DNA from: Candidatus Binatia bacterium
GTDB lineage: Bacteria > Methylomirabilota > Methylomirabilia > Rokubacteriales > CSP1-6
Reading direction: 5' to 3'
DNA: 64,000 nt
Assembly (NCBI GenBank): GCA_035635995.1
Contig: DASPZZ010000190.1
Span: forward strand, 47 to 64,046
Positions 1 to 8,669 of this stretch are shown here, one piece after another; position 1 is the stretch's first letter; each line of letters opens with the position of its first letter. A program made the translations under genes and the position numbers. The notes beneath the pieces were generated by a model, which saw only the letters and a list, made by a program, of their open reading frames with translations, made no database searches and was not told the DNA's origin.

Positions 1-302
1 GCCCGTATGTGGTGCGGGGGTTCGACTACGACTACGTCGGGATCCTATGGCTCAACGACCTCATCTGGCGTGGCCACAGATGGCGGGTCGACGCGAATGC
101 CGTTGAAGAAACTGGCTTCATGAACCTGGTGACCGCAGCCCGCCACGAACTCGCCAGGGCGTCCGACGGCCCAGCGGCAGCACGGCTTCTTCATCGTGTG
201 ACACAGACCTATCGCATCCTGTTCACTCGTGCACTCAAGGGCATCTGCGTCTGGGTGCCGGACGCTGAGACTCGTGCGCACCTCGCCTCAGCGATTGTGT
301 GA
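1..302 (+). CDS. 3' end of DUF2075 / Schlafen-group-3-like DNA/RNA helicase domain protein (partial, runs off window)
   Basis: RGFDYDYVGILW and TYRILFTRALKGICVW resemble the C-terminal helicase motifs of DUF2075 proteins; frame open from position 3. Confidence 0.7.
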   Translation, partial: PYVVRGFDYDYVGILWLNDLIWRGHRWRVDANAVEETGFMNLVTAARHELARASDGPAAARLLHRVTQTYRILFTRALKGICVWVPDAETRAHLASAIV

Positions 303-304
303 CC

Positions 305-780
305 ATGACTGACGACCGCGACGCCGCGGTCCGCCTGCGCGCCTTTGATTTCCTGACCGATCAGCGCCGCCGCTTCGGCGAAGCCTCCATCCCACGGGTA
401 GTCCTCGAACGCGGCTTCGACTTCGAGGGCGTCAGAGTCCCCCTGATCGGTCCGCAGGGGATCTTCAAGCCGGCCATCCTGCCCGAGCTGCCCCTCACCA
501 TCACCACCGCCCCGCCGGTCGAACACCGCGAGCGCCCCTACGACGATGGGTTCACTGCAAGCTCCACCACGCCGCCTTCGACCGCTACCTCATCGGCGTC
601 ACACCCGACCTCGAGGTCACCGTGCGCCTCGACGTGCTGGAGGAAATCGACGGGCCGATGCTCCAGCATGGTCTGCAGGGCTTTCAAGGCCGGCGCATCC
701 ACGTGCCGCGCGCCGACCATCTGAAGCCCAATCGCGACTTCCTGGCCGAGCGCTACGCCCTCTTCCGCCGCGCGAGCTGA
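305..780 (+). pseudogene. HNH restriction-type endonuclease, internally deleted and frameshifted
   Basis: N-terminus (MTDDRD...RPYDDGFT) in one frame to ~556; from 556 a different frame reads CKLHHAAFDRYLIGVTPDL...LAERYALFRRAS* (stop 778-780), the second half of an HNH motif and a typical C-terminus. Confidence 0.8.
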
Positions 781-940
781 GCTGGCTGTATCCTTCCGAG
801 CACGCCGACGGCGGAAACCTCACGACAATCCTCGCCGGCGGAAGGTGCGACGCTGCGCTGTGTATCGAGATCTACACGTTGACCGGGAGAAAGCTGGAAG
901 CGTAGAGTCGCAATAGAACCCCTTCGATAGGAGGTAGGCC

Positions 941-1252
941 GTGGAGCACCCTATCCACAAGGTGAAGGCGTTCGAGATCGAAGGGCCGTACCGACTCCGG
1001 ATCGAGTTTGAAGATGGCCTGGTTCGGACGATCGACTTTCGATCGGTGTTGGAAGGCGAGCTTTACGGTCCGTTACGCGACCTCAACCAGTTCAACGCAG
1101 TCTCACTCGACCGCGAAGTTCACACGCTCGTCTGGCCCAACGGCGCCGATTTCGATCCCGCCACCCTGCACGACTGGCCCGAGCACGAAGCGGGTATGAT
1201 CGCGCTCGCGCGGCGCTGGGCCGCTGCCACACGCGGAGAGCAAACCAGCTGA
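941..1252 (+). CDS. DUF2442 domain protein (putative antitoxin-like)
   Basis: YRLRIEFEDG...TLVWPNGADFDPATL signature; GGAGGT RBS at 930-935. Confidence 0.85.
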   Translation: MEHPIHKVKAFEIEGPYRLRIEFEDGLVRTIDFRSVLEGELYGPLRDLNQFNAVSLDREVHTLVWPNGADFDPATLHDWPEHEAGMIALARRWAAATRGEQTS

Positions 1253-1442
1253 CCCACCGGAGTTCGCCGACCACGACCGCGCTCGTGAACTGTTCGGAGC
1301 GGGGCACGCCGCTGAGCCATCTCACGTACCCTGGCAGTGGGCGGCGTCGCTACCAACCGCCGAGCGCCTGGGACATTATCGCGCTCCCGCGGCGACGGGC
1401 CGCCGCTACCACACGCGGCGAGCAGCCAGATGACCCCCCGGA
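1199..1442 (+). repeat. Imperfect ~62-bp direct repeat (1199-1261 and 1378-1442) duplicating the 3' end of the DUF2442 gene
   Basis: ATCGCGCTCGCGCGGCGCTGGGCCGCTGCCACACGCGGAGAGCA... versus ATCGCGCTCCCGCGGCGACGGGCCGCCGCTACCACACGCGGCGAGCA... Confidence 0.75.
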
Positions 1443-1488
1443 TCGATTCCAGTCGCCGGCGACCGAAGGTTTGAGCCGTACTTGAGCC

Positions 1489-2238
1489 CTACTGAAACAT
1501 CACCGGGATGGATCCCCCGCTGGCGTCGATCGCCACCCCGGTAACATTCGCCGCCTTCGTCGACGCCAGGAACGTCACGACCTGCGCAATCTCCGACGCA
1601 TCCACGATGCGTCGAATCGCATTACTCGCCGCCCGCCGCTCAGTCTCCGCGTCGGTACGTTCCGTTCGCGTCTGCCCGGGGTGCACCAAATTCACGGTGA
1701 TCCCGTGAGCCCCAAGCTCGTCCGCAAGCGTCTTGGTCAAGTGCACGATGGCGGCATTGCGCAACCCGCTGATATTCCCGGACCGGCGCCCGGAGAGTCC
1801 CCCGATGTTGACGATCCGTCCCCAGCGGCGCTGCTCCATGTGAGGTGCCACCGCCTTGGCGCACCGCAGGTAGCCGACCACCTTGGTGTCGATGTCCTCG
1901 AGCAGAGTCTTGTCGTCGGCTTCCGCGAGTGGCCCGCGCACCATGCCGCCCGGCGTCGAAGCATTGTTCACGAGCACGTCGACGCGCCCGAACGCCGCCA
2001 GGGTGGCTTCAATCAGACGCCTGACGGACTCCGAGCTCATCGTGTCGGCGACGATCGGAACGACGCGCCGCCCGGTCTCGTTCGCGAGCGCCTTGGCCGT
2101 CTCGTCCAGGGCCTGTCGCTGCCGGGCGCAGATCGCCACATCGACACCCTCAGTGGCCAGCTCCTTGGCAATCGCCCGGCCGATACCCCTGCTCCCACCC
2201 GTGACGATCGCGACCCGCCCAGCCAGTCCCAGGTCCAT
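1489..2238 (-). CDS. Short-chain dehydrogenase/reductase (SDR)
   Basis: TGGSRGIG Rossmann motif, VDVLVNNA, GRIVNIGG; canonical YxxxK not evident (SGLRN), so an atypical SDR. Confidence 0.9.
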   Translation of the reverse strand: MDLGLAGRVAIVTGGSRGIGRAIAKELATEGVDVAICARQRQALDETAKALANETGRRVVPIVADTMSSESVRRLIEATLAAFGRVDVLVNNASTPGGMVRGPLAEADDKTLLEDIDTKVVGYLRCAKAVAPHMEQRRWGRIVNIGGLSGRRSGNISGLRNAAIVHLTKTLADELGAHGITVNLVHPGQTRTERTDAETERRAASNAIRRIVDASEIAQVVTFLASTKAANVTGVAIDASGGSIPVMFQ

Positions 2239-2815
2239 GTGCAATCCCCTCCCCCGAAAGTTCTGTAGCGGGAGAAGACTAGCTCATCTGCCCCCGGAAC
2301 TTCCACGCGCTAAAACCAACCAGCACTGTCGCGATGAACCAACTGGATCACGACCGGGCCCGCGCCCGGGTTCGTGAAGCTCGAAGGGCCGATGTACCTG
2401 ATAGACTGGCGCATCTGGCCTCTGAACCGCCATGCGCTGACGCCGACGAGGACGCGCGCGCCGCGAAGCAGGCGATTCTCGTCCGTGAGAAACTTCCCCA
2501 GCGCCCTCCTTCTGGAGTCCCGTCGGGCAAGCATTTCAGTCACTTCGAGCCCGTCGGCGCCCGCCGGACGGCCCGGGCTGCAGCGCCGTGCGTGCTCGAT
2601 TCCACGCGACATTGCTTGGAACGACAACCGGCGGACCGCTCCGGCGAAGGGGCGAGATTCTCCGGAGCCGGGGGGACCAGATCGAAAAAATATGGGCGAA
2701 ACGTTTTTGAATCGCCGGTCGCAGAGTTATACTCAGCCTCTCATTGCGAGCTGTCCCGGCAGCTCTGATTGACAGCGGCCAACGACCAGTCCGGGCGCAC
2801 ACGGAGGTAAAGCTG

Positions 2816-3454
2816 ATGTGGAAACGCGAGGAGCCGCCACGTCCGACGAGCGCCCCGGCTAGTCCGGCGCAGGTACCGTCTGTTTCGGCGCCAGCACCGG
2901 CCGTTTCGGTGCCACCACCGTCCCTTTCGGCGCAAACACCGTCCTACTCATCGATGTCGTCTGGTGGATTCGATCAGACGCAGAAGGAGCCACGGCCTAT
3001 GCACGAAGAACTGGCGAGCATTGGAAAGAGCATTGTCATCAACGGCGAGCTGAGCGGCAGCGAGGACCTCACGATCGAGGGGCGCGTCGACGGCAAGATC
3101 GAGCTGCGCGACCACGTCCTGACGGTCGGATCGAACGGGAAGATCAAGGCGGCGGTCAGTGCCAAGGCGATCGTCGTCCTCGGCCACGTGCAGGGCAACC
3201 TGAACGCGACCGAGAAGGTCGACATCAAGGACAGCGGTTCGGTCGAAGGCGACATCGTGGCTCCCAGAGTCGCGATCGCCGATGGATCGCACTTCCGCGG
3301 CAGCATCGACATGCAGAAGAAGGACCAGCCGACCGCGGCGGCGGACCGGCCGCTCGGCGGGTACAAGGCCGATTCGAAGAAGTCGGAGACGCAGAAGTCG
3401 GAGACGCCGAAGCCGGAGCCGTCGCTCGTGAACGGCGAATTCATTCGCGTCTGA
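2816..3454 (+). CDS. Bactofilin (polymer-forming cytoskeletal protein) with Pro/Ser-rich N-terminal tail
   Basis: SIGKSIVINGELSGSEDLTIEGRVDG...GSVEGDIVAPRVAIADGSHFRGSIDM beta-helix; GGAGGT RBS at 2803-2808. Confidence 0.92.
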   Translation: MWKREEPPRPTSAPASPAQVPSVSAPAPAVSVPPPSLSAQTPSYSSMSSGGFDQTQKEPRPMHEELASIGKSIVINGELSGSEDLTIEGRVDGKIELRDHVLTVGSNGKIKAAVSAKAIVVLGHVQGNLNATEKVDIKDSGSVEGDIVAPRVAIADGSHFRGSIDMQKKDQPTAAADRPLGGYKADSKKSETQKSETPKPEPSLVNGEFIRV

Positions 3455-3461
3455 GCCGACG

Positions 3462-4166
3462 TTGAATTCAGATCACCGAAACGGTGGGCTCTCGGGTCTC
3501 GTGGCCCGTTTGGGCCGGCAGATCTCTCGAATCGACAACGAGTCGGGGCGTGTTGTCGTCGAGCCGCGTACGGTCGCTGCCGTCTCCGCCGAGACCGTCT
3601 ACGCGAGCAAGACTCTCCCAAACTTCCTGTCTCTTGTGTTCTCTCGGCCCGCCCCCGACGTGGTAGACCTGGGTCCCGTGATCGGATCGAATATCACGTT
3701 CTTCGGGGAACGGGTCGGCTGCAAGATCCACATCGAGGACCTCTACGCCGACATCGATCGCCACGTCCGGCAGGGCGAGGCCGACCAGCTTCCGGAGTTT
3801 CTGAGCGGTCGGTTCGCCTTGCCTGACGCGAGCGTCGATGCGGTACTGGGCTGGGACGTCTTCGACTATCTCGCTCCGGCGGCGGCGGGCGTGCTCGCCG
3901 AAGAGCTGGTGCGGATGCTACGGCCGGGCGGCGTGCTGCTCGGGTTCTTCGGCGCCCGCGCATCGGACGACCCGCGCTACACCAAGTACTTCATCGAGGA
4001 CGAGACGCACCTTCGCTACCGCTTCTACCCCTCGTCGTGCGGCCGGCGGTGGGTCTTGCAGAACCGCGACATCAACATGATGTTCGCCGGCCTCGAGGTG
4101 TACGACTCGGTATTGTTGAAGTCAGGGGTCCGAGAGATTCTCTTTCGGAAGCGCGCCCTGAGCTGA
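3462..4166 (+). CDS. Class I SAM-dependent methyltransferase-like protein
   Basis: VVDLGP motif I-like, SVDAVLGWDVFDYL, MLRPGGVLL; 7 bp after bactofilin; start codon uncertain. Confidence 0.75.
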   Translation: MNSDHRNGGLSGLVARLGRQISRIDNESGRVVVEPRTVAAVSAETVYASKTLPNFLSLVFSRPAPDVVDLGPVIGSNITFFGERVGCKIHIEDLYADIDRHVRQGEADQLPEFLSGRFALPDASVDAVLGWDVFDYLAPAAAGVLAEELVRMLRPGGVLLGFFGARASDDPRYTKYFIEDETHLRYRFYPSSCGRRWVLQNRDINMMFAGLEVYDSVLLKSGVREILFRKRALS

Positions 4167-4182
4167 CTTCGCTCCGATTCTT

Positions 4183-5046
4183 TCAGCTCCGGCCGGCGAG
4201 CTTGCGCCCCTGCTCCAGCACGCCGAAGGAGCGCGGCGTGCTCGGCATGAGGAATCGGTAGCCGCTCGCGATCAGGCGCTCGATGTTCTTCGCGTCCGGG
4301 TGCGGGTGGCCGCACGGGACGTTGTGGTCCTTGCAGATCTTCAGAATGCGGTCGATCGCTTCGGCGACCACCGGATGCTCGTACTCTCTGGGGTGACCGA
4401 GCTCCTGGCTCAGGTCCCCTTCCCCGATCAGCACGACGCCGATGCCGCGCACTTCCTGGAGCATCCGGGGTAGATTCTCGATGGCGCGCGTGTCCTCGCA
4501 CTGGATGATCGCGAGGATCTCGCCCTGCGGTGCCAGTGGCCAGACGTCGGCCCGCGCGTAGTATTCCTGCTGCGTGAGTCCCCAGTAGCGCGCCGCCCGA
4601 GCCGGGGCATCGCCGCGGATGCCCGGCGGCTGGGAAAGCGGCGCGCTCGGCAAGCGCGGATAGCGGCAGGCGCTGACCGCGTTGCGGGCCTCTTCCACGG
4701 TGCTCACGTGCGGGAAGATGATGCCGAAGACGCCGATGTCGAGCACCTGCTTGGCGATCCACTGGTTCATCTCGCCGCCGTTCGGCGGGATGCGGACCAG
4801 CGGCGTCACCCTCGGCGCCAGCGTCCCGCCCTGCACGATCTGGCGCCGGTCCAGCATGTACTGGAGCGCGTCGCGCAGCGCCGGCGCGCTCATGGGCGCG
4901 TGCTCCATCTCGAACGCGACGCCGTCGAAGGGCGAGCCGGCCAGCGCGCTGGCGGTCTCGACGTCCACCGGAGCGAATCCGACGAAGGCGGTCTTGCCTT
5001 CCTCCAGGGCCTTGATGACGCCGTTCAGGCGGGGAATCTCGGGCAT
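4183..5046 (-). CDS. HpcH/HpaI family aldolase
   Basis: FEMEHAP, PLVRIP, VLDIGVFGIIFPH, IQCED, GEGDLSQELG. Confidence 0.9.
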   Translation of the reverse strand: MPEIPRLNGVIKALEEGKTAFVGFAPVDVETASALAGSPFDGVAFEMEHAPMSAPALRDALQYMLDRRQIVQGGTLAPRVTPLVRIPPNGGEMNQWIAKQVLDIGVFGIIFPHVSTVEEARNAVSACRYPRLPSAPLSQPPGIRGDAPARAARYWGLTQQEYYARADVWPLAPQGEILAIIQCEDTRAIENLPRMLQEVRGIGVVLIGEGDLSQELGHPREYEHPVVAEAIDRILKICKDHNVPCGHPHPDAKNIERLIASGYRFLMPSTPRSFGVLEQGRKLAGRS

Positions 5047-5055
5047 GGCCGTCTC

Positions 5056-6078
5056 CTATCTCGAAGCTGGAAGCCTGGTCTTCAGGCGGCTGTACACCTT
5101 GCGCGCGTTACCTTCGAAGACCTTGCGCCGATCCTCGTCACCGAGCCGGAGCCCTTCGACGTACCGCTTGGTGTCGTCGTAGTAGTTCCCGGTCTCCGGG
5201 TCGATGCCGCGGACCGCGCCGACCATCTCGGACGCGAACAGAATATTGTCGACCGGGATAACTTTGAAGAGGACGTCGATCCCGGGCTGATGATAGACGC
5301 AGGTGTCGAAGTAGACGTTGTTCAGCAGGTGGTCCTTCAGGAGTGGCTTCTTCAAGTCCTGCGCAATACCACGATAGCGCCCCCAGTGGTACGGGACCGC
5401 CCCGCCGCCGTGCGGGATGATGAGCTTCAGGCTGGGAAAGTCCTTGAAGAGGTCGGCGGTGATGAGCTGCATGAACGCCGTCGTGTCGCCGTTGATGTAG
5501 TGGCCGCCCGTCGTGTGGAAGTTGGGGTTGCAGGACGCGCTGACGTGGATCATCGCCGGCACGTCGAGCTCGACCATCTTCTCGTAGAAGGGGTACCACC
5601 ACTTGTCGGTCAGCGGCGGATCCTTCCAGTACCCACCCGACGGGTCCGGGTTCAGGTTGCAGCCGATGAAGCCGAGCTCCTTGACGCAGCGCTCGAGCTC
5701 CGCGACGCAGTTGGTCGGCGGCACGCCCGGGGTCTGCGGCAGCTGGCAGACGCCGACGAAGTTCTGGGGATAGAGCGTGCAGACGCGATGGATCAGGTCG
5801 TTGCAGACCTGAGCCCAGTGCAGACTGGTGGTCGCGTCACCGATGTGATGGCCCATGCCGGCCGCGCGGGGCGAGAAGATCGTGACGTCGGTCCCGCGCT
5901 CCCGCTGGAGCTTGAGCTGCGCCTTGTCGATCGACTCGCGGATCTGGTCGTCGCTGATGCTCAGGGTCCCCTTCGAGCGCGCGGACGACGGCTCCTTCAG
6001 ATCGGCGATCTGCTTCTGCCGGTACGCCTCCAGCTCCTTCGGTGCCGTCGTGTAGTGGCCGTGACAATCGATGATCAT
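5056..6078 (-). CDS. ligJ: 4-oxalomesaconate hydratase (LigJ, amidohydrolase_2 family)
   Basis: MIIDCHGHYTTAP, NLNPDPSGG, PHGGGAVPYHWGRYRG, FDTCVYHQPG, FASEMVGAVRGIDPETG. Confidence 0.9.
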   Translation of the reverse strand: MIIDCHGHYTTAPKELEAYRQKQIADLKEPSSARSKGTLSISDDQIRESIDKAQLKLQRERGTDVTIFSPRAAGMGHHIGDATTSLHWAQVCNDLIHRVCTLYPQNFVGVCQLPQTPGVPPTNCVAELERCVKELGFIGCNLNPDPSGGYWKDPPLTDKWWYPFYEKMVELDVPAMIHVSASCNPNFHTTGGHYINGDTTAFMQLITADLFKDFPSLKLIIPHGGGAVPYHWGRYRGIAQDLKKPLLKDHLLNNVYFDTCVYHQPGIDVLFKVIPVDNILFASEMVGAVRGIDPETGNYYDDTKRYVEGLRLGDEDRRKVFEGNARKVYSRLKTRLPASR

Positions 6079-6176
6079 GAAGCCCTCCCGGCGTCGACTC
6101 TCTCGACCAGGCGAGCATCGTAGTCCCCCACCGATCGGATCGTCAAGGCGACGACGCCCAGGCCAGCGCCGGCTCG

Positions 6177-6620
6177 CTAGCCAGCGCCGGGCACGCGGAA
6201 CCGCGTCAAGAGAATCACGAACGCCACGACGGATACGATGCTTCGCACCGCGTGCAATCGCGCCCACCGACCCAACAGGCGTGCCGCCTCTGCGCTCTGC
6301 GCGTCCAGTGTCGGATCGAGCAGGCGTCGATTCGTCGGGAGCACGACGATGAGCGTGAACGGGACGAGCGCCCCGAGGAGCAGCGCTCCCAGAATCGTCG
6401 GCGCGTCACTCCGCTGCCAGCCCGCCGCGACTCCGGCAGCACAGCCGACCAGCGCCAGGCACGCCTGCATGACCGCGCCACGCTTGTAGCTCGGACCGAA
6501 CTCGCGAACCGCCAGCTCCGGTCCGCAGCCGACGCGGGCCGGATGCTCGACGGCGCTGACGTAGACGGCCGCGCCGGCGAAGAGGCCGGTCGCCACCGTC
6601 GCGACGATGAGCAAGAGCAT
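6177..6620 (-). CDS. DUF1772 / anthrone oxygenase family membrane protein
   Basis: GLFAGAAVYVSAVEHPAR, PFTLIVVLPTNRRLL, RWARLHAVRS. Confidence 0.8.
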   Translation of the reverse strand: MLLLIVATVATGLFAGAAVYVSAVEHPARVGCGPELAVREFGPSYKRGAVMQACLALVGCAAGVAAGWQRSDAPTILGALLLGALVPFTLIVVLPTNRRLLDPTLDAQSAEAARLLGRWARLHAVRSIVSVVAFVILLTRFRVPGAG

Positions 6621-6629
6621 ACGGGCGCC

Positions 6630-7499
6630 CTAGTAGCGCCCGCCGCGGATGAACCGCGCGATGCCGGCGGCGACCTCGGCCTCCTGGTCGACGAAGCCGT
6701 GCGGCGAGCGGCCCTGACAGGCCTCGACGCTCGCCCGGGCGCCCGCCGGGCTGCTGGGGCCGCCGGTCACGGTGACGACCTGCTCGCGCGCCCCGTTGGT
6801 CCGCTCGGTGATCTTGCCCATGAGGCCCGCGGGCGAGCGGATGCACGTGTCGGCGGCGTGGCCGACGACGAGCACGGGCACCTGGATCGCTTCCAGGTGG
6901 AGATCGAACACGGTCTGCGTCAGCCACGGCTTCTGCCCGACCTTGCTGCCGCCCGACATCAACGCGGACGTGAGCACGAGGCCGTCGGGCGCCGACGGGC
7001 TCGAGAGCCGCGCGGCCGCGTTCACCGCGGAGATCGTCCCCCGGCTGGTGCCCACGAGCCAGACGGACGCGCTCGTCCGCCGCCGCACGTCGGCGACCAG
7101 CTTGCCGAGGTCGTCCGCGTGCTTCCCCGCGGCCCGGAATCCGGCCAGGCCGTCCTCGCCGGGATGATCGGACGGCGCGTCGACCAGCGCGGTGATGAAG
7201 CCCTCATCGTGAAACTGCGGGAGCGAGCGCACGAGCGAATTGCCCTTGAGCGCTCGCGGGCAACCCCTGGTGTCGAGATCGAGGTGGCCTCCGCCGCCCA
7301 CGAGCAGCACGACCGCGATCGGCTCGCCTGGCGCCGACGTCTTCGGCTTAGCCAAGGCATAACGGGTCGTGGTGCCGTCATGCGTCTCGAGCGTCACCAC
7401 CTCGCCGCATCCGTCAGCGCCGGATATGGGGGGCGATTGCGTGAGGAGCGCCGCAACCGCAGCCAGCAAGAGCACCGCGCGCAGCGAGGATCGCATCAC
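6630..7499 (-). CDS. Secreted alpha/beta hydrolase
   Basis: Signal peptide; nucleophile elbow VGTSRG; HAADTC and PHGF candidate Asp/His. Confidence 0.8.
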   Translation of the reverse strand: MMRSSLRAVLLLAAVAALLTQSPPISGADGCGEVVTLETHDGTTTRYALAKPKTSAPGEPIAVVLLVGGGGHLDLDTRGCPRALKGNSLVRSLPQFHDEGFITALVDAPSDHPGEDGLAGFRAAGKHADDLGKLVADVRRRTSASVWLVGTSRGTISAVNAAARLSSPSAPDGLVLTSALMSGGSKVGQKPWLTQTVFDLHLEAIQVPVLVVGHAADTCIRSPAGLMGKITERTNGAREQVVTVTGGPSSPAGARASVEACQGRSPHGFVDQEAEVAAGIARFIRGGRY

Positions 7500-7708
7500 C
7501 GCTCTCTAGGACGGACGTTCCCGCTCCGATGCGAGCGGACCTGGGTACCGGCCGCCACATTGCCGCTCACGCAGACACGGTAGCCGTCTGGATCGAGGAC
7601 CTCGAACTCCACGAGGCCGTAGAACATCCGTTCAGGTCCTCGAACCAGAGGCGTCGCTCGGACGTCGACCACTTGCAGCACGGGGACCACGCGCCGGAAT
7701 TCAGACAC
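7496..7708 (-). pseudogene. VOC/glyoxalase-bleomycin resistance family gene with in-frame internal deletion (70 aa)
   Basis: N-terminal VVPVLQVVDV joined directly to C-terminal GPERMFYGLVEFEVLDPDGYRV; central ~60 aa of the fold absent. Confidence 0.65.
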
Positions 7709-7730
7709 GGGAGTCGGTCGTCCGGCCGGT

Positions 7731-8669
7731 CTACTCCAGATCCAGCGTGTTGCGGGGAAACATCTCCTCCGGGCTCACCGCGCGCGGCAGGATCTTCTGG
7801 TCGCAGGCGAACTGGATCACCGCCGCCAGCGCCTTGCGATTGTTGGCGACACCGTACGGGAGCGGGTCGTCACCGACCACGCTGCGGCGCTGCGCCAAAG
7901 CCTGGGCGTCGGCCGTCAGGTTGGCACCCGCGCCGAGCTGCTTGAGAAACGCCGCCTTCGCCTCCTTGAAGGCGCCGAACAGACGCGGCGCCAGGGTCGC
8001 GTCGGCCTGCAGCAAGGCGTCCTTCACGACGACCGTGTGGTTGACGGGATAGATCCCGGTCTTCCGGTACCACGCCGCCTCCGCCTCGCGGGCGCTCGGG
8101 ATGAGCGGCTTGACGTCGGGCGAGTCCACCGGCCCGGCACCGATGGCCGCGGCGAGCTCGCCCTTGGCCAGCATCTCCCCGAGATTCGCCCCCGGCCGCT
8201 CCATCACGTTCGCCGGCTTCCGGTACTCCTGAACGTGCTCCTCGTCGACGACGACCCAGGTGATCCGGCTGAGATCGACGCCGTACTCGGTCGCCAGGAT
8301 GCCGCGCGCCCAGACGCCGGTCGTGACGGTGTACGCGCGCACCCCGACCTTCTTGCCCTCGAGGTCACGGGGCGACGTCACGCCCGACGTCACGTTGTAG
8401 GCGATCGGCGAGTGGTGGAACTGGCGCATGACGAACACCGGCAGGGCCGTGAACGCCTTGCCGTGCGCCTTGGCCGTGAGATAGGTCGTGATCGCCATCT
8501 CGGAGACGTCGAACTCCAGCGTGCGGACCATGCGTCGAAACGCGCCGACGATGGGGCTCACCTCGACGTGCTCGAGCCGGACGCCGGGCGCGGTCACGGT
8601 GCCGTCCTTGAGCCCTTTCGTGTGCGCGTAGGTCGCGAGCGCCGTCTTGAGGACCGCCGTCGTCGTCAT
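7731..8669 (-). CDS. 4,5-dihydroxyphthalate decarboxylase-like protein (substrate-binding-protein fold)
   Basis: FRRMVRTLEFDVSEMAITTY, LPVFVMRQFHH, VGVRAYTVTTGVWARGIL, GIYPVNHTVVV; ATGA overlap with Rieske gene. Confidence 0.8.
   Translation of the reverse strand: MTTTAVLKTALATYAHTKGLKDGTVTAPGVRLEHVEVSPIVGAFRRMVRTLEFDVSEMAITTYLTAKAHGKAFTALPVFVMRQFHHSPIAYNVTSGVTSPRDLEGKKVGVRAYTVTTGVWARGILATEYGVDLSRITWVVVDEEHVQEYRKPANVMERPGANLGEMLAKGELAAAIGAGPVDSPDVKPLIPSAREAEAAWYRKTGIYPVNHTVVVKDALLQADATLAPRLFGAFKEAKAAFLKQLGAGANLTADAQALAQRRSVVGDDPLPYGVANNRKALAAVIQFACDQKILPRAVSPEEMFPRNTLDLE

Noticed and set aside
3378-3407. 15-bp tandem duplication AGAAGTCGGAGACGC in the bactofilin tail
   Set aside because: An in-frame micro-duplication in a disordered tail; ordinary.
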